DNA from: Candidatus Atabeyarchaeum deiterrae
GTDB taxonomy: Archaea > Asgardarchaeota > Atabeyarchaeia > Atabeyarchaeales > Atabeyarchaeaceae
Reading direction: 5' to 3'
NCBI GenBank assembly: GCA_037310415.1
Contig: CP147780.1
Coordinates: 2,560,001-2,624,000, forward strand
DNA length: 64,000 nt
Shown here: positions 10,115-19,809 of the stretch, in pieces
Numbering within the stretch: position 1 is the first letter of the stretch
Layout: every line of letters begins with the position of its first letter
Notes under the pieces: generated by a model
Database searches by the model: none
What the model was told of the DNA's origin: nothing
What the model saw: only the letters and a program-made list of their open reading frames with translations
Made by a program: the position numbers and the translations under genes

Positions 10115-11629
10115 TTGTCGGAGTGCATGTTTCTTGGTGCCGATATTGGAACAGAAGGCACAAGAGCTTCAATCTATGATTCTGAGGGGAAGTTGTGTGC
10201 AAAGGCGGGCATGCCTCTAGCGACCTATAGACCCAGACACAACTGGATAGAGCATGACGCGAGAGAATGGTGGCAGTCAGTATCCCACGCTATCAAGGAG
10301 TGCGTTGGAAAGGTTCAATCCTCAGGGTTAATTAAAGCAGTCTCTGTGTGTGGAACTTCTGGCACGATTGTGCCCATAGGTGACCACGGAGAGCCTCTTA
10401 GAGCAGCTATACTGTACTCGGATACAAGAGCTACTCAACAAGCGGAAGAACTGTCGCGCGACGAAGAGATAATGAGATTGGGAAGGACCCAGAGTTCAAA
10501 GATGGATGCTTCTGGCGGACTTGCCAAGATCTTGTGGATCTCGAGAAATGAGCCTGAGGTTTTCCGCCGCACTAATAAGTTTGTGGCGACAACCGACTAC
10601 GTTGCGCTTAGACTGAGCGGTCAAGTTTATTGTGACTATTTCAACGCTGCTAAAACCAGTCTCAACCTTCTCACCAAGCAATGGCCGAAGGAAACGCTTG
10701 ACAGATTTGGAATACCTCTTCGAATGCTCCCTGATCTGAAGGAACCTGGGTCAGTGATAGGCGAAGTTACTGAAATGGCAGCAAGGGAAACAGGGTTGAA
10801 GCAAGGAACGACGGTTGTTGCAGGGGCGACTGATGGAATTGCAGGGTTCATAGCATCGGGATCCGTGGATCCAGGGCAAGCGTGTGAGGTCACAGGCACT
10901 ACACAAGTCTTTCACGTCACGACGGATAGACTGACACCTGATCCCATGGGCAGAATTTACTACCATGTTCACCCCAAGCAAGGCTACTGGATAGCAGGCG
11001 GGGCATCATCTGGAGGCGGGATCATTCTCAGATGGTTCCACGATGCCCTGTCACCTCAGACAGCGTTCGAGAAACTTGATGAGGAAGCTGAGAATGTAGA
11101 GCCCCTGTCTGGTGGATTGCTCTGTGAGGCAGCCATGACAGGTGAGCGGACGCCAAGGTGGGACCCTTTCGTCTCAGGCATGTTGATTGGACTTACACCA
11201 AGAACGACCGCGGCACACATCTATAGAGGTATGATGGAGGGAGTGGCTTTCCTGCTAAAGGCAATCATCGATGTGTGCAAGGAATTGGGGATCCCAGTCG
11301 AGGAGATACGATCGGCGGGCGGCGGTGCAAAAAGTAGAGTCTGGAGACAAATAAAGGCGGACGTCCTAGGAAAGGAGATAGTTGTCCCGGAAGACACTTC
11401 CTCAACGCTCGGAGTTGCCATGTTAGCCTCGATCGGCACTAGTACTCACCGGGACATCTCTGAAGCAGCAAGAAATATGGTTCACATAGTCGAGGTCACC
11501 AGACCAGATCTATCGAAAACAAGAGTATACGAAGAAGGATTCAACATATCGCAGTCCTGCTACAATGCCCTGAGAGGAGCTGGGATATACGAAAAACTCG
11601 CGAAGCTAAGAGAGAAAGCACAACAATGA
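10115..11629 (+). CDS. FGGY-family carbohydrate kinase (xylulokinase-like)
   Basis: GADIGTEGTRA, YSDTRA, KILW, GATDG, GTT, GERTPRWD, GGGAKS. Follows the dehydrogenase; true start ~10115-10127 (ORF track 10034). Confidence 0.9.
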   Translation: MSECMFLGADIGTEGTRASIYDSEGKLCAKAGMPLATYRPRHNWIEHDAREWWQSVSHAIKECVGKVQSSGLIKAVSVCGTSGTIVPIGDHGEPLRAAILYSDTRATQQAEELSRDEEIMRLGRTQSSKMDASGGLAKILWISRNEPEVFRRTNKFVATTDYVALRLSGQVYCDYFNAAKTSLNLLTKQWPKETLDRFGIPLRMLPDLKEPGSVIGEVTEMAARETGLKQGTTVVAGATDGIAGFIASGSVDPGQACEVTGTTQVFHVTTDRLTPDPMGRIYYHVHPKQGYWIAGGASSGGGIILRWFHDALSPQTAFEKLDEEAENVEPLSGGLLCEAAMTGERTPRWDPFVSGMLIGLTPRTTAAHIYRGMMEGVAFLLKAIIDVCKELGIPVEEIRSAGGGAKSRVWRQIKADVLGKEIVVPEDTSSTLGVAMLASIGTSTHRDISEAARNMVHIVEVTRPDLSKTRVYEEGFNISQSCYNALRGAGIYEKLAKLREKAQQ

Positions 11630-11655
11630 AAAGTGGGGTATTGGCGTGTTTAGGG

Positions 11656-11997
11656 TTATTTTCCCCATTTTTCGATTGCTTTCATAACGATGGGAGCAGC
11701 GGCGGTTGCTGGTCCTCCGCCCATGACTATTGCGGCTGCGCATGCTTCCATGATTTCGGCTTTTGTCGCGCCAGCTTCGAGTGCTTGCCTTGTGTGATGG
11801 ATCATGCATGATTCACAGTGAGCATAAATGGAGATCGCGACGCATATGATTTCTTTCATCTTGGCTGGCAGCGCGCCATCCTTATGGACAGTTCCCAGAA
11901 GGTTATTGAAAGCGTCACGAGTTTCAGGAATTTCTTTCCTCATTTTAGCGTAGTAAGTTTCAAAATCTCTAAGGATTTCCTCAACATGTTCTGGCAT
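11656..11997 (-). CDS. Carboxymuconolactone decarboxylase / AhpD-like protein with CxxC
   Basis: GALPAKMKEIICVAISIYAHCESCMIHH, GATKAEIMEA, MGGGP. Confidence 0.9.
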   Translation of the reverse strand: MPEHVEEILRDFETYYAKMRKEIPETRDAFNNLLGTVHKDGALPAKMKEIICVAISIYAHCESCMIHHTRQALEAGATKAEIMEACAAAIVMGGGPATAAAPIVMKAIEKWGK

Positions 11998-12115
11998 ACT
12001 TCTGATACACCTCTTCTTTCATAATGTTGAAACTGGTTAGAGTGCTGACGATGTCATCCCTAAAATTCGAACTAGTATAATAAACTGTTTCCTTTCGCTT
12101 TCTCGGTAGCAAGCT

Positions 12116-12949
12116 CTAGCAAATGATTATCTCACTGCGTTTCTCGCGAGCGATCCTATTTGCCAGTCGCTGTTCGCTTTGGAGGAGTGCGCCTTTCTTA
12201 AGACTTATTCCTAATGATTTGATGAAGCCTTTCTTAAGCGCTTCTTTCACCTCGACTAGAGGAACTTTTCGCCCTAGTTCTAGTTCGATACTTGTTACTT
12301 CCCTTCTGATACTTTTCACAAACTGCTTGAGCTTGCTGTCGGTAGGGTAAGGGGGGACGTCGAGAGCTTCTCTCATCTTCACTAGATCCGAGCTGACGAT
12401 AACAGTTCCGTGCACGAAAGCTACTTTTTTCCTTACAACTGCCGCGGTTCCGGATATCTTCTTTCCATTGACTTGGCAGTAAGCCCCTGCTGACACGAAA
12501 CTCACGTCCAAGCCTAGAGTTCTCAGTCCTTCGACCACGCCTCCACACAAGGTCGGAATAATCTCAGATATCGCACTCGGAACGATAGGGCCGCCGCGTC
12601 TCGCCGATAGGGCGTAGTTCAAGTTGCCACGGTCATGGTAGACGGCTCCTCCGCCCGTGAATCTTCTTACGACACTAATTCCTTGCTTTTCGCAGATTTC
12701 TCGATTTACTTCGAGTTCGGGCATCTGGAACTTTCCTATTACGATTGTCGGTTTCGTGTTTTTCCAGAACCTTATTGTGTCGGAGGCCTCCCCTGTGCTG
12801 ACATTCTCCAAGACTGCCTCTTCTACTGCCAAGTTGTGCAAAGGATCGTCCATGTCTAGTTCGAGTAGTCGCCAAGTCTGACTGTCCCGCGGATTATCTT
12901 GGTCCCACTTGCAATGTGTGTGAATACTTTTTGGACTGTCTGTTAACAT
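12116..12949 (-). CDS. lplA: Lipoate-protein ligase / octanoyltransferase (LplA/LipM family, catalytic domain only)
   Basis: NLAVEE, RRFTGGGAVYHDRGNLNY, GKKISGTA, HGT motifs; downstream of E2. Confidence 0.9.
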   Translation of the reverse strand: MLTDSPKSIHTHCKWDQDNPRDSQTWRLLELDMDDPLHNLAVEEAVLENVSTGEASDTIRFWKNTKPTIVIGKFQMPELEVNREICEKQGISVVRRFTGGGAVYHDRGNLNYALSARRGGPIVPSAISEIIPTLCGGVVEGLRTLGLDVSFVSAGAYCQVNGKKISGTAAVVRKKVAFVHGTVIVSSDLVKMREALDVPPYPTDSKLKQFVKSIRREVTSIELELGRKVPLVEVKEALKKGFIKSLGISLKKGALLQSEQRLANRIAREKRSEIIIC

Positions 12950-13113
12950 CGTGGTCGCCCTAGTTTTTCTATGTGTCCCTCAGATTGAGTGAGTCAAATG
13001 GATAACCGTCTCTCAAAAAGCTGGTCTCGAAGCACGAGTCTGACTTTCCCCTACGACGGAAGATAGATGAGCGCTCAAGCGCTGTGAGAAGCTTTCGAGG
13101 GCAATAGTAGAAC

Positions 13114-14400
13114 TCAGTATCTTAGTGCAAATGGATCTTCCAATATTCCTTTAATTCTCTGGAGGATCTCTGCTGCAGGCGCTCCATCAATGACTCTGTG
13201 GTCGACCGCCAAGGCCAGAGATGCCATTGGCTTCACCACGATCTGCCCTTTGTCGTCTACTGCGGGTTTCTTTGTAATCTTGCCAACAGCAAGTATTCCA
13301 GTTTCAGGTGGGTTTATGATGGGTATGAAAACGTCCACTCCGAACATTCCCAAGCTGGTTACAGTGAACGTTCCTCCCTGCATCTCTTCTGGGGTGAGTT
13401 TTCCTTTGAGAGCTTTGTCTATTAATTGACTAAGAACAGTACTAATCCCAGCTATGGACAACTTGTTTGCGTTGCGAACAACTGGAACGATGAGTCCTTC
13501 TTTTGTCGCTATTGCGACGCCCACGTTGATTTCATCGAGAATTCTTATTGTGTTTTCGTCATCTAGCTTGGAGTTCAAAATGGGGAACTCTTCGAGGACC
13601 TTCGCCACAGCTTTAACAATTATGTCCGTATATGAAACCTTGTTTCCAGCTCTTTTCTCAATCTCAGGCATTAGCCTTTCTCTAAGCTTCACGATTTCGG
13701 TCATATCTGTCTCCATTATGATCGTGATGTGAGGAGCGGTTCTGGCACTTTGGGACATCCGTCTGGCGATTACTCTTCGCGTCGGAGACATGGAGATTAT
13801 TTGCTTCACTTTCCTCGTGTCCATGACTCCAGCAGGTGCCTCGAGTTCGGGTCTTGCAGCAACTGCAGGGATCCTTGGTTGTGAAGGCATCAACACGTCC
13901 CTTGAGATTATTCTTCCCGCTGGACCAGTTCCAGCTAGCAGCCTTATGTCTATGTTCTTCTCTCTTGCGATTCTCCTTGCTGCGGGTGAAGCCTTCACGC
14001 GTCCATATTGATGGATTGCCCCTTGCATCAATGCTCCTGTGGTCGACTGAGTGGTTATCGTGACTGCCGCGGCAATCTGTTGCCCAATGGGTGCCGATAG
14101 CGATGCAGCTGCGGGGGGTGCAGCCTTCGCAACCTGTGCCAAGTAGCCTGAGACGTCTTCATTGGCTTCTCCAATCAATGCTATGACAGTGGATACTGGA
14201 ACTTCAGCCTTTTCGCCGAAGAGGATTCTGAGCATGATTCCTGAAGCGGGGGAATCTAGGTCTACTTCCATTTTTTCTCCGAAGACCTTGACGACTACTT
14301 CCCCTTTTTCAACACTATCCTTCTCTTTCTTGAACCACTTGAGAATTGTCCCTTCCTTCATTCCAAGGCTGAAAGCAGGCAGGATTAACGGCGTAACCAT
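13114..14400 (-). CDS. Dihydrolipoamide acyltransferase E2 (pyruvate/acetoin/2-oxoacid dehydrogenase)
   Basis: Lipoyl domain (FGEKMEVDLDSPASG), PSBD ASPAARRIA...GTGPAGRI, catalytic PIINPP and DHRVIDGA. Confidence 0.95.
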   Translation of the reverse strand: MVTPLILPAFSLGMKEGTILKWFKKEKDSVEKGEVVVKVFGEKMEVDLDSPASGIMLRILFGEKAEVPVSTVIALIGEANEDVSGYLAQVAKAAPPAAASLSAPIGQQIAAAVTITTQSTTGALMQGAIHQYGRVKASPAARRIAREKNIDIRLLAGTGPAGRIISRDVLMPSQPRIPAVAARPELEAPAGVMDTRKVKQIISMSPTRRVIARRMSQSARTAPHITIIMETDMTEIVKLRERLMPEIEKRAGNKVSYTDIIVKAVAKVLEEFPILNSKLDDENTIRILDEINVGVAIATKEGLIVPVVRNANKLSIAGISTVLSQLIDKALKGKLTPEEMQGGTFTVTSLGMFGVDVFIPIINPPETGILAVGKITKKPAVDDKGQIVVKPMASLALAVDHRVIDGAPAAEILQRIKGILEDPFALRY

Positions 14401-14626
14401 AGTCTTCAGATCTCCGTGGAGCTTCTTTCAGCTAAGCAGATAATTGTTAATCTATTAAAAGACTAACTGTACTGTTCTCTTGCACGGAATAATAGTGAGG
14501 TAATGAAGCTCATAGATTTCTCTCTCGGTTATTCTGAAGTCGCGGGACTCTAACCGCGTGTTTAGCCCTAGTGTAATGGCTTAAATTAGCATTTCGCTCA
14601 AATATAAGAGTGGTATTCTCTCACAG

Positions 14627-15583
14627 ATGAGTAATCGCTTTCGAAGGTGTCTTTACCGCATGGGGAACGTAGTTGTTGCGCTGGGTGACATCAACATAGA
14701 TATCTGTATGATTGGCAGCGGCAGACCCGAAGTGGGACGCGAGACTCTCGCCAAGGACATGGTGGTTTCGCCGGCTGGCTCAACAGGATACTTCGCTTTT
14801 GCTATTGCTAGACTGGGAGAAGAGTGCCGATTTGTTGGTCGCCTCGGAGGAGACTACTTCGGCAAAATGATTCTTGACAAGATGAAGTCATTTGGGATTC
14901 AGACTGGCTACATCAAAGTCGACCCAGATGCTGCAACAGGGGTCACGGTCTCGGTAGTCATGGACAATGGTGAGAGAGTTCTGGTATCTTATCTTGGTCC
15001 AACAGAATTGCTGAGTATTGGCGACGTTGATGAAAGGGCGTTGAAGGGAGCTAGACATCTTCACATGGGTGCTTTCCCGCTTCTGAAGTCTCTTCAAAGG
15101 TCAGTTCCAGAGATCTTCATGAAAGTCAAGAAGATGGGCATGTCGACATCGTTGGACACAGGATGGGATCCAACAGGCCGCTGGGATGTGGACGAGACTC
15201 TTCAATGGGTCGACGTTTTCTTGCCCAACGAAGAGGAAACCATTGCCATGACAGGTGGGAAGAGGATTACTGAAGGCGTCGAGGTACTATTGGCCAAGGG
15301 TCCTAGCGTGGTCGTCGTCAAACGTGGTGCCCATGGATGTACAGTCGCCACACGAGAGCGAAGTGTTGACATCCCTGCTTTCAAGGTCAAACCTGTGGAC
15401 ACCACGGGGGCGGGGGATGTGTTTAATGCTGGTTTCGTATATGCCTACCTAAGAGGAAAACCTCTGCCGGAATGCGCAAAGTATGGGAATGCGGCAGGCG
15501 CTCTGAAAACCCTGAGATCAGGTTGTGATGCAATTCCAGATCTCAAGTCAGTGGAATCACTAATTCTCACAGGAAGAGTCTGA
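14627..15583 (+). CDS. PfkB/ribokinase-family carbohydrate kinase
   Basis: GDINID, PNEEE, KRGAHG, VDTTGAGDVFNAG. Probable start ATG 14660. Confidence 0.93.
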   Translation: MSNRFRRCLYRMGNVVVALGDINIDICMIGSGRPEVGRETLAKDMVVSPAGSTGYFAFAIARLGEECRFVGRLGGDYFGKMILDKMKSFGIQTGYIKVDPDAATGVTVSVVMDNGERVLVSYLGPTELLSIGDVDERALKGARHLHMGAFPLLKSLQRSVPEIFMKVKKMGMSTSLDTGWDPTGRWDVDETLQWVDVFLPNEEETIAMTGGKRITEGVEVLLAKGPSVVVVKRGAHGCTVATRERSVDIPAFKVKPVDTTGAGDVFNAGFVYAYLRGKPLPECAKYGNAAGALKTLRSGCDAIPDLKSVESLILTGRV

Positions 15584-15782
15584 ACGAACAGAAAAGTCAG
15601 GATATCTGCATTTGTAACGCTTCGAAAAACTCTCCCGAAAATCGTAATAGAGGGGAGAGATAATCATTCAAGTAGTGACGACAAAGTATTTCAGTGACTA
15701 GCATAGATCAAGTGTGCAGCATCTGGATGAAAACCAATGATTCAGGACTGTCACTTTTGCCCGGACAACCTCTATTCAGTAA

Positions 15783-16688
15783 TTGGATGCGCCCAAGGGA
15801 TCTACGATGAGCAATAGAAACCTCAGCGATACTGTTAGGAAACGACGGCGAGTTCTTGCCAAGAAGGAAGGGGTTGAAGAGGGAATTCTCAGCCAAGCAA
15901 GAACCGATGGTCACATAGATGAACTCGTAGCAGCTTTGAAAGACGGAAATGTGGACAACGCAAAATTGGCTTTGCAGGCCATTGCGAATGCTGTGCCCGA
16001 AGGCTATGTTGCGGCAGTCTTGGTTCGTGACAGGAAGAATGATAGGGTTCAGCATGGAACTAGTCAATGTGTATGCTCCCTGAAGCCTGCTACGACAGAA
16101 TTGCCTATGCCTGAAAACGGCTCGTATGTGCTTACTGCCGAGGCTTCTCCAATAGCCAATATTGAGTCTTCTTTTCACATCGTTTGGCTTGGCGCGGAGT
16201 CTTCCGGCAAGTCAAGTTTGATTGAGAGAATTAGACAGGAAGAATTCGCATCGGTTCCCACGACTATAGGGCTAAATGTTACATCTTTCTTCTTGGAAGG
16301 AACCAAAATAGTCAACTGTGATGTCTCGGGGCACAAGTCTTTCAGGAGTATATGGGATTCATTGATTGTGGGTAACCCTGATATCATAGTGGATGTCATT
16401 GACGCATCCGACAGTTCCGCGCTTGATGCAGCGAAGGATGTGCTAACGAATTATGTACTTAAAAGCGAAAACCTCAGAAAAACTCCCATTGTGATTGCGG
16501 CAAATAAACAAGATGTTGAAGGAGCTTTGACGGTCGAGCAACTAGCCAATAAGCTGGGGCTGCCTACACTAATACAGGACAGAGACTGGAGAGTTATTGC
16601 GACCAGTGCCAAGACTGGCGCAGGCATCAGAGATATGCTAGGATGGATACTCCAAGAAATCAAGATGATTAAGGGTGTAGAATCCTAA
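15783..16688 (+). CDS. Arf-family small GTPase with ~120-aa N-terminal extension
   Basis: G1 GAESSGKS, G2 PTTIGLNV (Arf PTIGFNV-like), G3 DVSGHKSFRSIW, G4 ANKQD, G5 ATSAKTG, and LIQDRDW resembling the Arf LRDRxW segment. Confidence 0.9.
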   Translation: MDAPKGSTMSNRNLSDTVRKRRRVLAKKEGVEEGILSQARTDGHIDELVAALKDGNVDNAKLALQAIANAVPEGYVAAVLVRDRKNDRVQHGTSQCVCSLKPATTELPMPENGSYVLTAEASPIANIESSFHIVWLGAESSGKSSLIERIRQEEFASVPTTIGLNVTSFFLEGTKIVNCDVSGHKSFRSIWDSLIVGNPDIIVDVIDASDSSALDAAKDVLTNYVLKSENLRKTPIVIAANKQDVEGALTVEQLANKLGLPTLIQDRDWRVIATSAKTGAGIRDMLGWILQEIKMIKGVES

Positions 16689-17122
16689 TGGGAGTAGGAA
16701 CATTCGTAGCCACGCCAGTAGGTTCGACTGGAAAGAACTTCAGGATAATCATGAACACACTTGACGAATCGGCAACCGCAATCAAAGAAATGGCTGCCAG
16801 GGTCCTTGCCCTGACAGGTTCAACGCCGACCGCGTTAATTGCAAATGCTCAAGGAGCAGCGAGTTTTGAGCTACACATTGGGCTTCCTAGGGGTTACCAG
16901 GGATTCGCGGCATCGTGCATTGATGTATCAGGAGAGAACATCATATTGGCGTTGGCAGCAAAACCAACTGGGATGCCCTTACTCTCCTACGCAGTCGAAG
17001 CATGCAGGAACAAGATCAATGTGATAATTGAAGGGATTAAGAGAGATGGCAAAGTTCCACGTGATTTGCTGAGAGATCTCCATCTCAGTCTTGAAAGGGA
17101 ACTTGGGTTGTTCAGACTGTAG
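16688..17122 (+). CDS. Hypothetical protein translationally coupled to the Arf-like GTPase (possible longin/roadblock-like alpha/beta fold)
   Basis: 144-aa ORF whose ATG overlaps the GTPase stop (TAATG). The fold guess is from hydrophobic periodicity only. Confidence 0.65.
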   Translation: MGVGTFVATPVGSTGKNFRIIMNTLDESATAIKEMAARVLALTGSTPTALIANAQGAASFELHIGLPRGYQGFAASCIDVSGENIILALAAKPTGMPLLSYAVEACRNKINVIIEGIKRDGKVPRDLLRDLHLSLERELGLFRL

Positions 17123-17150
17123 CAATCTCAATGCTAGTAACTGAGGATTT

Positions 17151-18491
17151 CTACCAGATGTCGCCTGGGAAAGTGTGTGTAGGCTTCCTTGGGAAGGCAT
17201 TCTCCAATAGTCCAACAATCTCGTTTCGCTTCGCACCGGTTGTCGGCATCTTGAGCTTCCCCTCATTAATCAGCTCGGCAGAACTCTTGGCTCCGAATAG
17301 TAGCTTTGCAAATGAGTCATCATCTAGGAACATGACGCTGCCTTCCTTCTTTTCTTGGTCTTCCAAAACCGTTACGTTACCCGGTTCTAGTTTCAACGTC
17401 ACACTTCCTCCGCCTAGTATCTTGACTGCGATTGTCTTTAGGTGAGGCAGTGTGCTCTCGCGCTGCTCTCCTCTCTTGGAATAAAAATGTTGAAGGGAAG
17501 ACTGCATTGTCACTTTGAGATCTAGTGTCTTTAGCATGAATACACTTATGCCAGTGAGTGGGCTCGAACCTTTCCTAAACAAATCATCAATTAGGATGTT
17601 CTCGGAAGAGTATGCAATGATTGAGAGAGGACTCTCGTTTCTCAAATGCGACAATATGCTTTCCGCGATAGGTCTGCCCGCTTGCTTCTCATACCCGGGC
17701 GTGGTCAGAACCTCGCATATGTGTCCAAGTTTGTCTCTCTTTGCTAGCCCTGAGATTCCATATCCGACGATGTTCCCATCTTCTCCCTCAGCGACGATCA
17801 TATTGCCTTGCCTGAGATCTTCTTCATAGAAGGGACTTTCATAGACGAACCTGTCCCTGTACTTCGTCTTCCACATTTCCTTGTCTCTTACAGCTAAGCC
17901 ATTGTAAGAGTCATAATTCTTCTCATAAACTCTGAGTAGCGATGTGTCGTCCTTCTCAACGGATTCTCTGGTCTCTATCCTTTTTCCAAGTGACCCTTGC
18001 CTAGTTTGATCATTAGTCCATCCTAGTGGCGTTTTCACGCCTCTCAGCAACATCACTTGGAAACAGACACCAGAGAATCCGAGCCTTAGGTATATTCTGT
18101 GAGCTGGAATCTGCGCGCCAGTGAAAAGGGCCGAAACTAGAAAACCTTTCTCCCTCACAACTCCAAGCGCATGGTTCAATAACCTCGTCGATATGCCACT
18201 CCGTCTGAAGTCTCGTGTGGTTGAGACGTTGGCGATTCCTGCAACACTCAGTGTAGCTCCTGCCGCCACCTTCATCTTTCTCTCAACGATTTGGACATGA
18301 GAGACTATTCTGCCATCTTTTTCCGCGACAAAAGATAAATCTTTGCGGTACCCAGGATCAATCTCGAAGAATCTCCGCCATTTCTCTCCTGTCAGCCCAA
18401 ATGATTTGAAACTGCCAAAGCATTCGCTTAGGAGTTTGGCAATCTCGTCTTCGTCTCCTTCCCTGTAGGTTCTGATGCTCATATCCCTCAT
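17151..18491 (-). CDS. Eis-like GNAT acetyltransferase (tandem GNAT plus SCP2-like domain)
   Basis: GIANVSTTRDFRRSGISTRLL acetyl-CoA motif, IYLRLGF, a second GNAT repeat, and C-terminal FAKLLFG...LINEGKL. Confidence 0.85.
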   Translation of the reverse strand: MRDMSIRTYREGDEDEIAKLLSECFGSFKSFGLTGEKWRRFFEIDPGYRKDLSFVAEKDGRIVSHVQIVERKMKVAAGATLSVAGIANVSTTRDFRRSGISTRLLNHALGVVREKGFLVSALFTGAQIPAHRIYLRLGFSGVCFQVMLLRGVKTPLGWTNDQTRQGSLGKRIETRESVEKDDTSLLRVYEKNYDSYNGLAVRDKEMWKTKYRDRFVYESPFYEEDLRQGNMIVAEGEDGNIVGYGISGLAKRDKLGHICEVLTTPGYEKQAGRPIAESILSHLRNESPLSIIAYSSENILIDDLFRKGSSPLTGISVFMLKTLDLKVTMQSSLQHFYSKRGEQRESTLPHLKTIAVKILGGGSVTLKLEPGNVTVLEDQEKKEGSVMFLDDDSFAKLLFGAKSSAELINEGKLKMPTTGAKRNEIVGLLENAFPRKPTHTFPGDIW

Positions 18492-18575
18492 CTATCCTGT
18501 GTGATCAATCGTGATGCCCAGCCATCTAGTCTGTGAGAGACAAGACTAATTATCTGCTTCAACCAATAAACACCT

Positions 18576-19781
18576 TTGGTGTTTTGCGTGTTCAAAGAGT
18601 ACGGTGAGTTACGGCACATAACCAACTTCAGACGAGTGATTTACCCTATTTCAATAGCGTTTTTCATCTACACCGCCGGCTGGGGAATTGCGTCTCCCAT
18701 CTTCTCCATATATGTGCAAAATGTGACAGGAGACCTGTTCATGACTGGCATCGTTCTTTCGCTGACTACAATGATGGGCATATTCCTCAACATACCAGTC
18801 GGTCTCGCAGAAAATAGAATCAATATGAAACGAGTCCTCCAAGTAGTGCTGCTCATTTACTCCGCCCTTGCCATACTGTACACTTTGGCCAATTCCCTCC
18901 TTCCATTACTGCTAGTCAGCGTTACTAGGGGAATTGCGTCGTCTTTCCTATGGTTGACTTCTTGGGCTTACGTTTTCAGCTATGCTGAGAAAGAAGTCAA
19001 AGGAAAGGAGACAGGATTCTTCTCTGACATGAATGACCTGGCCTCAGCCATTTTCCCTATTGTTGGGGGTTTTGCCACCCTGATTCTGATTTTTCTGCCG
19101 TTCTATCTTCTCAGCTTGACAAGCATAATTGCGTTCATCGTAGTTTCGGTCTTCTTGAAGGAGATACCTAGGCGCCAAAGAGCGTCGTTGAGAAGCCAGA
19201 CGGGAGGACTTTGGAGATCAATGCGCAATAAGCGATTCGTAAAGACGATTTTCCTTATAGTCGTTTTCTACGCTTTGATCAATATCTATTACTCCTTTCT
19301 ATCAGTTTTCCTTCATAGCGAAGGAATCTCTGTCCCAGTGATAGGTGTGATACTTACAGTCTCCCTCCTGCCTGCTGTTGCCCTCGAATTGCCAATGGGA
19401 AATATGGTAGATAGATATGGAGTACGCAAGACGTTGGTACCTGCTGTCATATTGACAACTCTTACGGCAATCCTGATAGCATTACCAAGTAGCATAATAC
19501 CATTCGCAACAAACATTTATTATACGATGGCAGTAGTAACGGCTTTCACAATTAGCTACACAATGATCTTCATAGTGCTTTACACGAGAATGTCTGATAC
19601 GCTGCGACAAAACAAAGTAGCCATGACTGGAGCAATTGCTGCATTCAAAGATCTGGGATATACTATTGGTCCGCTAATGGCTGGGGTGTTGATGGAATTC
19701 ATGAGCATTAGGAGCGTGTTCATATTAGCAGGCGCCGCATTCGCCTTCTTAATACCAGTTGCTCTTACGCTGCATGATTAG
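18576..19781 (+). CDS. MFS transporter
   Basis: ~12 hydrophobic segments; GNMVDRYGVRK loop motif; DLGYTIGP. Confidence 0.9.
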   Translation: MVFCVFKEYGELRHITNFRRVIYPISIAFFIYTAGWGIASPIFSIYVQNVTGDLFMTGIVLSLTTMMGIFLNIPVGLAENRINMKRVLQVVLLIYSALAILYTLANSLLPLLLVSVTRGIASSFLWLTSWAYVFSYAEKEVKGKETGFFSDMNDLASAIFPIVGGFATLILIFLPFYLLSLTSIIAFIVVSVFLKEIPRRQRASLRSQTGGLWRSMRNKRFVKTIFLIVVFYALINIYYSFLSVFLHSEGISVPVIGVILTVSLLPAVALELPMGNMVDRYGVRKTLVPAVILTTLTAILIALPSSIIPFATNIYYTMAVVTAFTISYTMIFIVLYTRMSDTLRQNKVAMTGAIAAFKDLGYTIGPLMAGVLMEFMSIRSVFILAGAAFAFLIPVALTLHD

Positions 19782-19809
19782 AAGTTCAAGCTGTATCGCT
19801 GTGATGCAG

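Noticed and set aside
12000-12080. Fluoride-riboswitch-like words (GGGATGAC, GCTGACGA) upstream of the CMD gene
   Set aside because: Order and strand do not match the consensus, and the pseudoknot pairing is absent.
14539-14582. tRNA-like fragments (CGCGGGACTCTAACCGCG; GCCCTAGTGTAATGG)
   Set aside because: No canonical TTCRA T-loop, the pieces lie on opposite strands, and no cloverleaf can be built.
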